DNA from: an uncultured bacterium
GTDB taxonomy: Bacteria > Omnitrophota > Omnitrophia > Omnitrophales > Aquincolibacteriaceae
Assembly: GCA_964434115.1 (NCBI GenBank)
Contig: CAYSSX010000007.1
Span: 82,734 to 146,733, forward strand
Direction: 5' to 3'
DNA: 64,000 nt
Part shown: positions 51,001 through 63,000 of the stretch, one piece after another
How positions within the stretch are numbered: the first letter of the stretch is position 1
Layout of the letters: each line of letters starts with the position of its first letter
The notes under the pieces: generated by a model
The model's database searches: none
What the model was told of the DNA's origin: nothing
What the model saw: the letters and a program-made list of their open reading frames with translations, nothing else
Position numbers and translations under genes: made by a program

Positions 51001-54000
51001 GGCGGATTATCAGCAGTTGATTACCAATATGGGCAGTGCAGACCTTGACGCTGTGGCAGGTCTCTTTAAGGATGCGAAAGATTTCCAGGCCTTTGTCACC
51101 CAAACCCTGGGACAGGCCGGCGGCCTTGAAGTTTTGAAGAAAACAGCGGATGTCGCTGCTACCCTCCGGGCTGTCAAGGGCCTGGATGGTAACGAAGTTC
51201 TGGAAACACTGGGTGAGAATCTTAAACTGACCAAACTCTCGGATGTTTACAAGGATGGCGGCACTGACGGACTGACGAAATTTGTGTCCCAGATTTCCAA
51301 CACCAATGTGTTTATGGCTGCGGCCAAGCTTGCGGGAACACAAACAGCGACTCAGGCAGCCAATATCCCGTCGCAATTCCATACGGAACACTTTTTGAAT
51401 AATCTTCGGGACACTTTGGCATCGACCCAGGCTACCCGCGCGTCACCCGCGATTCCGCAGGCCATGCCGTCATCTCTTCCGCTTTCCCCGGGAACCGCCT
51501 CAATTCTTGGAAATACACTCGTGAATCGTTTTGGACTTATCGGAGGCTCCATCCTGGAAGGAATGTGGGAAGAAAGCGCGTTCCGCGGCGTGCTTGCTAT
51601 TGGCGCGACCCTGGCGGCTTCGTTCCTGACAGGCGGTCTGGCCTTAGGGCTTGTGCTTGGCGGCATGGTGGTGGCTCAGGCGCTTGTGTTCGCGGCGCTT
51701 CATAATAACGACTACCACGGCACATTGTCTCTGGGGAACTTCATGGGACTCTTTGCTTTTGGCGTTGTGGCCGGCGGCCTGGTCACCGCGATTACGCTTG
51801 CCACGGGCGGGACTTTCCTGGGTATTGCGGGTGCTATCGGTGCGGCCGCCACTTTCCACACCGCCTTTAATATTATTCAGCGGTTCAACAATTCCACCGG
51901 CGTGTCCAGCTTCTTCTCAGCTTTTCTCAATCAGGCCGGTTTTGTCTTCTCACCGTTGATTCTGCCTCTGCTTTCGCTGTCAGGCACCATGCTCACCGCG
52001 CTTGCCGGGGCCGCGGGTTTTGTGACATCGCTTTTGGGCGGCCTGGGCTTCCTGGTGGGATTGACGGGCATCTTCAATATGCTGCAGGGACAGCTGGTGA
52101 ACCTGCCGCAGGTGGCGCCTGACCTGGTCCGTTTGGATAATTTGAACTTCCTTCTCGGCCAGTATTCTCTGCCTCAGGTTGTAAGCCTGTTCCGCATGCA
52201 GGGCTTTGATGCTGAAACACTCCGCGTGGCGCTGGTTCAGTACACGCTGAGTACCAATTTCAGCAAGTTTGATTTCGGCCAGCTTGCCATTGCCTTGATT
52301 CAAGGCTATCAGGGCGTTCCAAATTTTGATCTTGCTGTGCTGGTTCAGAACTTCCTCGCGGTTCCGCAAATTCAGGTAGATGCGGCCAATTTTACATCGC
52401 TCATTCACGGCCTGCTGCAAAGCGGCGTGAACATTGGGGAAATCACGCAGCTGATCGCGTTGAGCTCTTTCCTGCAGAACAGCAATTTCAGCTCTTTACA
52501 GGTCATTACGGCGCTTCTGACGCTCCCGAATATCGGACACGACCAGATTGTGGACATCCTGGGCGCCTTAGTCCAGCTGCCGGGAATTAACGACACCAAC
52601 ATTAATGACATTATCAGCAATATTCGTGCGGTGCAGGGACTTGACCTTGATTTGTCGGAACTCGCGGGTATCCTGGTGCAGTTTAATAAATTCTCGATCC
52701 CGAACCTGGTGCAGGTTTTCGCCGGCCTTGTGGATTTCGCGAATATTAAAGTTGAGGACCTTCAGAATCTTGTCCTTGTCTTTTCATCGGTGGTGGACCT
52801 TTCGGACCTCCAGAACTTGACGGATTTTGTCACAGTGTTTGCAGGCAATGTGACAGACATTGCCCAGCTCCAGAAGCTGATCAGCAGCTTCACGAACCTG
52901 AACGTTCCGATTGTGAATGTGGTTCAGGTCTTCCTCGGGCTTCCCAATTTGCAGGGCCTGAATTTTGTGGACCTTCTTACGGTATTTACCACGATCCCGA
53001 ACTTGAGCAATACGGATCTCGTTGATATTTTCAACGCCTTTTCCACACTGGGAACTTTCCAGGGACTTACCGCCGTCGGTATTTTGAATGCCCTGATGGC
53101 TGGCAACTTTGCGAATGTTCCAGGCTTTACGGGCGCGAATTTACTTCAGATTCTGGACCTTTTCCGTGACCTGAATTCCTTTAAAGATCTGAAGGCGCTG
53201 GATATTGCGAACATCTTCAAGGCGATTCCTTCCCTGACAAGCCAGGACATCGTGAATCTTATGAATCTTTTGACAGGGTTTACCACGATCAACGATATCG
53301 TGGGGCTCGCCAATGCTCTTGTGGGTCTGGAGCAGCTGACGCAGGATGATGTGATCCGCCTCGCCAATCTTTTGATTATCAACATGCCGCAGGCCGCGGC
53401 CCTCGATGCTGCAGGACTTGCCGCGCTCGCGGATATCTTTAAAGCAAAAGGCCTTGATGATCTGCACATGATCCAGATCGCTCAGGTCTTTGCCGGCATT
53501 CCGAATCTTGACTCCACGAAAGTCCTGGCGCTTCTGTCCGTGTTTATGTCTATACCGTCCCTGCAGACGGAAGCGAATCTGCTTCAGCTGGCGCAGATTT
53601 TTGCCGGCGTCCCGGGCGTTGGCCTTGTGGATATCGCGACCGTGTTCCTTAACCTGCCCAATCTTTCCGAAGCGGCGGTTCTGGGTTTTGCCGGCATTTT
53701 CGCAGGAATCATGAATGCGAATGTCAATGTGAGCGTTCTGGAAATCCTGGGCGTGCTGAACCTCTTCTCGAGTGTGCCCAACATCAACATGGTCAATCTT
53801 GCGAGCGTGTTTGCCGGAGCTTTCACCGGCAATGAAAGCTCGCTGCTCATGCTGGCTCAGTTCTTTGCGGGCAAAATCAATGCGGGCGACCTTCAGGCCC
53901 TGACCCAGCTGCTTAAAGTCTTCACCGATATCCTGAGCCTGAACAACATGACGCAGGATGGGGCTGTGGACCGTCTGATCACAAGCTTCCTCGGCAATTC

Positions 54001-57000
54001 GAATGTTTCGATCGTGGATCTTGTGAAAGCGTTTATGACGCCGGAAAATCTTGCGGATGCGAATTTTGCCCAATCCCTTGCAAATCTCATGGCCCTCAGA
54101 ACCAGTGCCATGACGGTCCAGGAGCTCCAGGATATCCTTGGCGTCTTTGTGAACCAGGGGAGCATCAATTTGTTGAATCTTGTCGGAATTTTTGTGGACG
54201 CTCTTCCTGCGGGAGATCTGGACGCCCTTAAATTCCTAGTGCTCGGCTTCTCGAATTACCGGAATGTGGGACAGCTTTCCGAGCTTTCCGAATTGCTTGA
54301 GTTCTTTCACACGGCAGGCGTTGACATTCTTGACCTGGCGAACGCCTTCCAGGTCCTTCCCATGGTCCAGGCCGACATCCGGGGTTTTGTGGGGTTGTTT
54401 GCCACGCGTTTTGCGGACCTCAGCATCATTCAACTGGCTGGACTTTTTAATCTCTTCAAGTCCTTAAAGGACATTGACGGCAATAATTTTACGCTTGAGA
54501 CGCTTGTCGATATTTTCAAGGGAGTTGTGGACATCAATGATTTGAACAACCTTGGCAAAATCCTTGAATCTCTGTCCCAGATCACGAACCTCAATGATGC
54601 TGCGCAGTTCACGGAACTGTTCAATGCTTTCGCTGCCGCTCAAGTGAATTTGGCGGATCTGCTGTTTGCCTTCGGCACGCTCTCGAATGTGACTTTGACC
54701 CAGACGCAGATCCTGCAGCTGGCCAATTTGGCCGCGCTTGCAGCCAAAAAACAGGGTTATTTCACAAACGCGGCCGAGCTTGCCCGCATTTTGGACGTCC
54801 TTTCCAATCTGGGACTTTCAGCCACGGAAATTGCAGGCGTCCTTCTCGCACAGATTGATGTCACGGACAGCGCTCAAATGGCGCAGATCCTCGCGGCCTT
54901 TGCCCGGAATACGGACCTGTCGGTTCCGGCAAACTTGAGCGCGATCATGAATGCCTTTGCCGCGAATCTTGACCTTACAAACGTCCTTGAGCTCTTCAGC
55001 CTTTTTGAGGCTTTCAATACTCAGCAGGGTGTCACTTTCCCGGCGTTTACTCAGGCCTTTGTGAGTATCCCCGGTATTGTGACCATGCCGCAGGTCTTTG
55101 AAGAACTGGCCGAAATGCTGGCCCACCGGTATATGACCGACTCAAATTTCAGCGCTGCTGATATGCAGGCCGTCATTGATATTCTGATGAATCAGGGCAA
55201 TGTTTCGCGGGTGGCAATCCTCCAGCGTTTCATGCGCAACATGAACGTTCAGGACATCAATGACATGGCGCGTCTGGCCGCGGCTTTTGAAAACGCAGTC
55301 ACAAATGAAGCTGATTTGAGAAGCCTTATCAATGACTTTTTGGCCGCAGGTTTCACCGACCTGGGTAATGTCATCGCTGGAATTTCAACGCTCGGCTTCT
55401 TCTCTGATTTCAACAATCTCAAAGTGCTTGCGCTTGTGGCTGCACAGCTTCTGGATTATACGAGCGGGGATATTGAAGCAGCTGCCGCACGGGTGTTTGG
55501 CGCGATTGCCAGCCGCATGGACATGGGCGATAAAGCGCAGGTTCTGGCGATGCTTGAGATTTTTGCTAATAACGCGCTGCTGACGCTGCCGGAATATGCG
55601 ATGGGTATCCTGGTGAAAGCGTTCTTTGCCCAGGTGAACATCACGGATGCCAATGCCGTGAAGACCCTGGTGGAAGCTTTCTCGGAATTCTATCATTTGA
55701 CCACGGACGCGGCGAACCTTGACGTCTTTATTGCGGCCCTGTCGCAGGCGGGCCTCTCTCTCGGCGCTGTCGCTGAAACGCTGGCGGGCCTTCCGGGAAT
55801 GAATGCCTTTATGCTTGCCAACTCCATGGCCAAGGTTGCGCGGCTTGAAGATATGGAAGCCCTGATGAATGCCTTTGTCCGTGACGGGCGCCTGACTCTG
55901 GCGCAGTTTGTCGTCGCGGTGGCGTCGGCCCAAAACGTCGATATGGTTGAGTTTGCGCGTCTGATTGCCCCGCGTGTGGACGCTTCCAACCGCGAACAGC
56001 TCCGGATCATTATTAACGTCCTTCACCTCCAGGGCGGTGTTTCCTTTGTGACGCTTGCCGGAATCTTTGTCGATGCCGGAAAATTGAGTGTGGCTGAAAT
56101 CGCGGATATCTTCGGCCGTGAAATCGATGAGGCAAGCGTGAATGACATGATTACCTTCTTTGTCAGCAAGGGCTTGAGCCTTCTCCAGATCGCCCAGATC
56201 TTCATTAATGGCCAGGCGGACAGCACGACCCTGACCATGGAAGATCTTGTGTACTACTTCGGCGGTTTTGTGAACCAGCAGGATCTTGGAAGTTTGATCG
56301 ATCTCTTCCTGGCCTCCGGCAGTATCAGCATTATTCAGATTGGTCAAATGCTTCTGAACGCCACGAACGCGAATGTTACGAAAAACCAGATGGCCCGTGC
56401 CGTGATCTCCCGCGCCGGCATCGGCGATGTCATCGGGCTTTTTGGGCTGATTTGGAACTTCTTCTGGAACCAGAGTGTTTTTGGGTTCCTCGAAACGGCC
56501 CGCCTCTTCTTTGACGCGCTGGCCATGCCGCTGATTAATAGGCTCTCGGTGCTTGCGTCCGTCTTCAAAGCGTACTCGCAGCCCTATTCCGGAGTCGTCA
56601 AACTGAGTCTTGAAAACGGGTTGACGCTCGAAGACGCGGTCAAGAGTTTGAGTGAGCAGAATGTGCCGCTTGTGGACATCGTCCGCGCGATTCAGGCCGA
56701 GCTTCCGGGCATGAGCCTTCTGGATATTTCGAAAGTTCTTTATGACGCGGCCAAAATCAAGGGAGCGGCGATTTCCCTTCAGGACATCGTAAATCTGTAC
56801 AGAGATACGTTTGGTATCGATTACCGGCTTGTGATCAAGGCGATTTTTGGAATTGATACCCTGCCCGGCGGTGTCGTGGTGACTCAGCCGATCCGAGCCT
56901 CGGACATTGAAGCGGCTGGAACGATTCTGAATACCGTAAACCAGGCGACCCAACCAGCGGTGTCTAACAATAACGTGACAGTATCCCGCGATACGGCGAC

Positions 57001-60000
57001 AGTGACAGCCATTGCCCGTGCTGTGGCAACGTACGGAGTCGAACGAGCTCAGGAGATTGTGCAAGCTCTTCAGACCATCGCTGCCCAGGGAACCGTCGTG
57101 GTTGTGACAACTCAGACCGTGGATCTTGTTCAGCAGGTAATTCTTGACCGGGCCGCGAAACAGGAGAATGTTGCCCAATTGGCGCAGAATGCGGCCCTTG
57201 CGGTTCAGATCCTTCAGCAGGCGAATGTGACTCTTGGCGCGCAGGCGATTCCCATTACACCGGCGCTCATCAGCGGCGTGGTGGATGTGATTCAGCGCGT
57301 GGATGTGACCGTGACGGCTGCGAATCTTGCCCAGGCGGTTGCGGCGATTCAGCTGGTGGTGCCTGCGGGAACAACTATTACGGCTGCTCAAATCGCCGCG
57401 ACCATTGTTGCCATTCAATCCGGTGTGTTGGTGCAGGATATTACTCTCGCCAGTATTCAAGCCGTTCAGGCGATTCTTGACTCGAAAGACAAGGCGATTG
57501 ATGTCACAAAGATTACTGCTGTGGACATCAAATCTGTCGAAGCGATCCTTGTTGTGAACCCGGCGTTCCAGATCACAGCCGCGAGCATTGCCGCGGTCAA
57601 TATTCTGATCGAAAAAGGTCTTGCGGTTCAAACCGTGGAACGTATTGAAGCCGCGGTTCAGCTTGCGGCTGCGAAAATAGATATCGTGGAAGCCAGTGTT
57701 TTGGCCGCGGTCCAGGTGATCAGCTTTGGCTTGAAGGTCGATGTTGCGACTCTTCAGGCGCTGACTGAGGTCACGGGCGGCCTGACCCAGGTCACTGCGA
57801 CCAATATTGCGCTTGTGGCTGCGATTATCCGTTCAGGGGTTGCGGTCACGGACCTTGCTCAGTACATCGTGGCCAATGGCAGCGGTATTCAGATCATTAC
57901 CCCGCCTGCCGGGACAGCACTTAACATCCAGATGGGAAATGTTCAGGTCCAACTGCCGGCGGACACGGTGTTCCAGGTCAATCAAGCGACCGGTGAATTG
58001 ACCTATAAGGTTCCCGATATTGGCGGTCTTGTTACGATCGGCAGCCATTCTCAACTGGCCCTTGCCGGCGGTACTCAGGTGACGGTCAACCGCAACGGCG
58101 TGATGACTTATCAGGTGGCCGGAACCACGACCCAGATCGGCGGAGTAACGCTTGCGGCCAACACGACGATTACCGTGAACTCTCTTGGAGCCGTGACGGT
58201 GACCGGTACCAATGTGATTAATCTTGCTGGAAATACCGTGACTGTGACAACGATTAATGTCACGGAGCAGGGAGCTGTTCAGTACACGCTTCCCGCCGCG
58301 ATTCTTGTCAATGGTCTCGTGGTTCCGGCAGGAACCACGGTTTCTCAAACCGCGACAACTGTGGAATACACTGCCGTAGCCGACCTTACAGTTCCGGTCA
58401 ACGGCCAGAATGTTGTGCTTCCCGCCGGGACAATCTTTACGCTTTCAGAAGCAGGCCTTGCGATCAAGGTTTCGGCTGTGGAACAGACGATTACCGTGGC
58501 GGGTGAAACCGTGAAGATTGCGGCCAATGCCCAAGTCCTTGTGCTGGGTCAGGAAGGCGTGAAAGTGGTTGAAGGCACTGTGACTCTCGGCAGTGTGGTG
58601 GTTCAGCAGGGTGTGACGTTTACGGTCAGCACGGTGAATGGAACCGCGGCCGCAGTGGTGACGATCGCGGGCCAAGCCGTGACCCTGACGAATAATGTGC
58701 AGGTTTCTGTGGTGAACGGCGTTACGACGATTCAGGGTACGAATGTCGTGGGACAGGTGGTGGTAGGCACAACGGTTTATCAGGTCGCGGCCGGCACTCA
58801 GCTCACTTATACCGCTCAGGGAGCTCTTAAGATTGAGAGCGCTGCCGGTACGGTCATGGTCACCGAAGGCACCCTCAAGATCGAAACCGGCGGCCAAGTG
58901 GTGGAAGTTGCGGCGGGCGTTCAGATTGTTAAAACCCAGGACGGTATTTCCTTTGTCAATACGGGAGCAGCTGCCACAGTTGTCAAAGTCGGGACAGGCA
59001 TTTTGGATGTGTCCGGGTCTGGAAGCATCCGCGTGGACAGCAATGGCAATGTGATCGTCACAGGCGGGAATGTCAGTGTCACGGGACCGACAGCCGTGAC
59101 CATGCGTTTTGGTTCAGTGACGACAGCGATCAGCGCGGGAACTCTGGTCAATGTTAATGCTCAGGGGACGGTTCGGATCACGGCGGCCAATTCCCAGATT
59201 GCGGTCGGCAGCATGGTGGTTCCACTTGCCACAGGCATCAGCGTTTCGATTGATACGCAAACCGGCAAAGTGGCCGTGATTTCTGAAACCGCAGGAACCG
59301 TACTTAATGTCGGCGGCACTGTGATTAACACCACTCCGGGTGTCACGGCAGTGATCAACACTCAAAACGGACAGGTCGAGCTTACGGCTGTTTCCGCCGC
59401 TGCGGTCGTAACCGTCGGCGGAACGGTGGTGAATGTCAACCAAGGCAGTGTGGTTCGCGTGGATACGGCAGGCGCTGTCACCCTGGTTGCCGGAACCAAC
59501 GGCTCTGTCATTCAGGTTGCTGGCACTTCGGTGGTGGTCGGACAAAGCGGGGTGGTCAATATCGACGTTCAGGGTAAGGTTTCGATCGCGGCCCCTGTGA
59601 ACCGTACTTTGGACGTGACGGTTGGCACTACGGTTTATACGGTTGGCGCGGGAGTTCAGACCGTTTTTGAAAATAGCGTTCCGTCCTTCCATGCGACCGT
59701 GGATTCGAATGTGGTTGTCAATGGCGTCAAGGTGGAGGCCAAGGCCGGCACGGTCTTCGCTGTGGATGCCGCTGGTTCTATCAATGTTACGACCGGCGCC
59801 GTGGCCGTGGCTTCGGGTCCTGCCTCTGTGACGGTCACGATTCTGGGGCAGGTTTATGAGCTCGCTCAGGATTCCCGGATCGAAGTCAATACGCAGGGTG
59901 CTGTAACTCTTTCACAGGGCACTGTGGCCATGGTCGTGGATGTGAACAAGGCTCAAACGGTCAATGGCGTGACTTATACCGCCACGCAGGCCGCCACAAA

Positions 60001-63000
60001 GATCGAAGTTACTTCGACCGGCGGTTTGGCTGTGACAACCGGTGCTGTGACGATTGCCCACGCGGCTGCTGCGGAAGTCCGGGTGCTGGATATCAATGGT
60101 CTGGGGTACCGCCTCACGGGCGGCTCCACGATGACGCTGGACGCCGCCGGGAATGTGACCGTAACCGGCGGATCCATCTCCATCGCGAACCCCGGCAGTA
60201 CGGCTGCGGTGCGTACGGTAAATATCAACGGTGCTCTTTACACAGTCAATGGTAATTCCGCCCTTACGGTTCAGCAGAATGGAAGCATCCGTCTTGTGAA
60301 TGGAACTGTTACGGTTCAAAATGTTGCGGCCCAGGCGAAAACTGTGACGGTGGGTACGGCCGTGATTACAGTTGCCGCGAGTGAACGGGTCATTTTGACG
60401 GAAGGCAAGAATATTGAAGTTACGGGAGTCTTCACGCTTGAGAATACTTCCGCCACGGAATCTGTCACGGTTGTTTCAAACGCCCAGCTGATCACCGCTG
60501 CGGCAAGCTCTGCGGTTCGTGTTCAGGAAGTCGCAATTGGCGCCAGCGGAACCGTGGCTCAGAAAATTACGGTTGTTTCCGGAACCGCCACCGTGGTGAA
60601 CACGAGCACGTCATCGGTGCACTCGGTGGTAACGGCAGACGGTTCGATTTACCAGTTGGCCCCGGGCGCGGTCATGACGATTGATACGGCCAGCGCCATC
60701 ACCGTTACCGAAGGCCGCGTGGAACTCACGGCGGGCCGCGGAGGCTTGATCCGCTACGGCCAGTCGGTCATTCAGGTTGAAAAGGGAACTGTCATTGAAG
60801 TCATAAACGACACCGTGACCATCGCCGCATCAAGCAATGTCCGGACAGTGACGGTGGGCACAACCGTTATGCAGGTTGGTGCGGGTGCGGTCATCACCAC
60901 GGACCTCGCCGGTAACGTGGTTTTGAATGTCCAGGACATTACAACGATTCAAGCCAATGGCGTTCAGATTGAAGCCGGAGTTGGGACTCGGGTCAATGTG
61001 ACGTCCACAGGCGTTGTCACTATGGTCACTGGCGTGGGTGCCGCGGCGGTGACCGTGAACGGAATTCAGGCCCAAGTGGGTGTGGGCGCAATTATTTCTG
61101 TCGATGCTCAGGGAGTTCAGGTTCTTTACCCGGCCGGCCAGATTCTTCTGACGGTGAACGGCCAGACCTTTACGGTGCCGGCCCAGGTGGGTGTGAACTT
61201 TGCGGGTGGTGCCGTGACACTGGAATCCGGCGACCGGACCCGCACGGTTTCCTCCGCGAGCCTGACTTACACAATCGGCGCCAACAGCAGTCTTACTATT
61301 AATAACTCAGGCGTTTTGACAGTTAAAGCGGGTCAGGTCACGATTTCAGGCGGCAGCGCGACGGTTCAGTATGGAAGCGCCACAGTCCGTGTTACCGGAA
61401 CTGTGGTGGCAGCGGTGGACACGGTTCGTCCCACGACTTCAGCAGCGGTGACCTATACCCTTGGAAACGCCACGCTGACGGTTGCTGCAGGTCTTGATGT
61501 TGTTGCTGGCGGCGTGATCCGCACCACAGCCTTGACTCAGACCGGTACGTTGACTGTGGCTGGAACGCAGATCCTTACGAAGGCCGGCGCAGCGGTGGAA
61601 GTCAATGCACAGGGAGTCTGGACGGTTCAGGCTGGTGCTTTGGGTGCGGCAGTGGTGATTAATGGTGTTACGACTCAGGTGACGGCCGGCGGCGTAATCA
61701 CGGTCGACAATCTGGGACATATTTCAATCGTTTACCCGCAGACACAGACTCAGGTGGTTTTGGTTGGCAGCACGGTTGTTGAAGCTGCGGCGGGTGCCCA
61801 GGTCACCGTGAATAACGGTGTTGTTAATGTGGTCGCACAGCAGGCCTCGACGGTCACGGTGAACGGTTCCGTTTATCAGGTGGCGGCGGGAACCGAAATG
61901 ACGGTCAATGCGGCCGGCGTTGTCACGCTCACAAAAGCAGGCTCGGTGACAGTTGTCACGGGTACCGTCAATGTGCAGGTTGGCGCCAATGTGATTACGG
62001 TTCAAAACGGGACAACCCTGACACTGAATGCGAGCGGCAATTTCACGGTTGCCTCTGCGGCCAATGTTACGCTGATCGTTAACGGTGTCACGGTCACAGC
62101 TGCTGCCGCGAATATTAATGTGACGGCGCAGGGCCTTGTGGAAGTGACTGATACAGTGAATCAGCAAAAACAGATTTTTGGCTTTGGCCAGTCCGTCACA
62201 GTCCCTGCCGCAGCCCAGGTGAGCCTGGTCAATGGCCAGCTCTCAGTTCAGGTTGCTCAGACAGCGGGCAATGTGGTGGTTGGAGCTTCGACTCTTGCCG
62301 CGGCGGCAAACACTTCATTCCTTGTGAACAGCTCAGGCCAGATCATGGTGCAGACCGGTCAGCTGACGGTCGGCAGCACAACGGCCGCGGGCGTCAGTTT
62401 TGCGTATGGAAGCACGGTCATCAACGCTCGTACAGGAACCGTTGTCAATGTCAACAGTCAGGGAGTTTCGACGATCACACCCACAGCAGCGGTGACCGGC
62501 GGCCTGACCGTTGTCAACCAGGGCGTGACCGTACGGCTTGGAGCAGGCGTTGCCTTAACGGTCGACATTGCCGGAGTTGTTGTTGCTCAAAGCGGAGCCA
62601 ATACCGTTCTTTCGCTGAACGGCCAGCTTGTGGAAGTCGGACAGGGAAGATCGATTACGGTCACTGAAAATGGAACGGCCATCATTGCGGCTGGACCTCA
62701 GACAAGAATTTTTACAAATACGGGATTAACGCTGACTCAACTCGAAGATGCCCGTGTGACAGTTACGGCCCAGGGCATTGTGGTTGAAGCGGGAACAACG
62801 GGTGTACGCGCCAGCAGCGTCCTTTTCCAGGGTCTCACGTTCAGCGCCGGAACCATCCTTCGTTTTGAAAACAACACGTCGGTTGTGGAGCTTGCTCAGA
62901 ATGCGGTTATGACCAAGGGCGGAGCGGTTATTACGGCAGCCGAAGCAACACGTTTGACCTTTACGGAAGCCGCGGTTACGTTGCAAAGCGGTAATGTAAC

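Noticed and set aside
49185-52075. Calling the TM core a known transporter family (for example MMPL/RND or ABC permease)
   Set aside because: I could not recognise family-specific motifs by eye. The helix count and loop pattern alone are insufficient, so it is left as an unclassified polytopic membrane domain.
55385-57631. 748-aa minus-strand ORF (largest in the track) and other long minus ORFs (43616..45367, 28514..29956, 23990..25063, 2840..3982, 31754..32809, 34997..36028, 45590..46582, 48101..49120, 53141..54073, 8354..9370)
   Set aside because: All end at coordinates = 1 mod 3, so they occupy the codon-aligned antisense frame of the +2 CDS. That frame is open only because TTA/CTA/TCA are rare sense codons here. 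Their translations are low-complexity and compositionally abnormal (R/H/N/D/F-rich). They are shadow ORFs, not genes.
777-59831. All + strand ORFs in the track (60-147 aa, all starting at coordinates divisible by 3)
   Set aside because: They lie in frame +3, fully nested within the stop-free +2 frame. They are short, and their translations are Arg/Ser/Pro-rich in the way typical of out-of-frame readings of GC-rich coding DNA.
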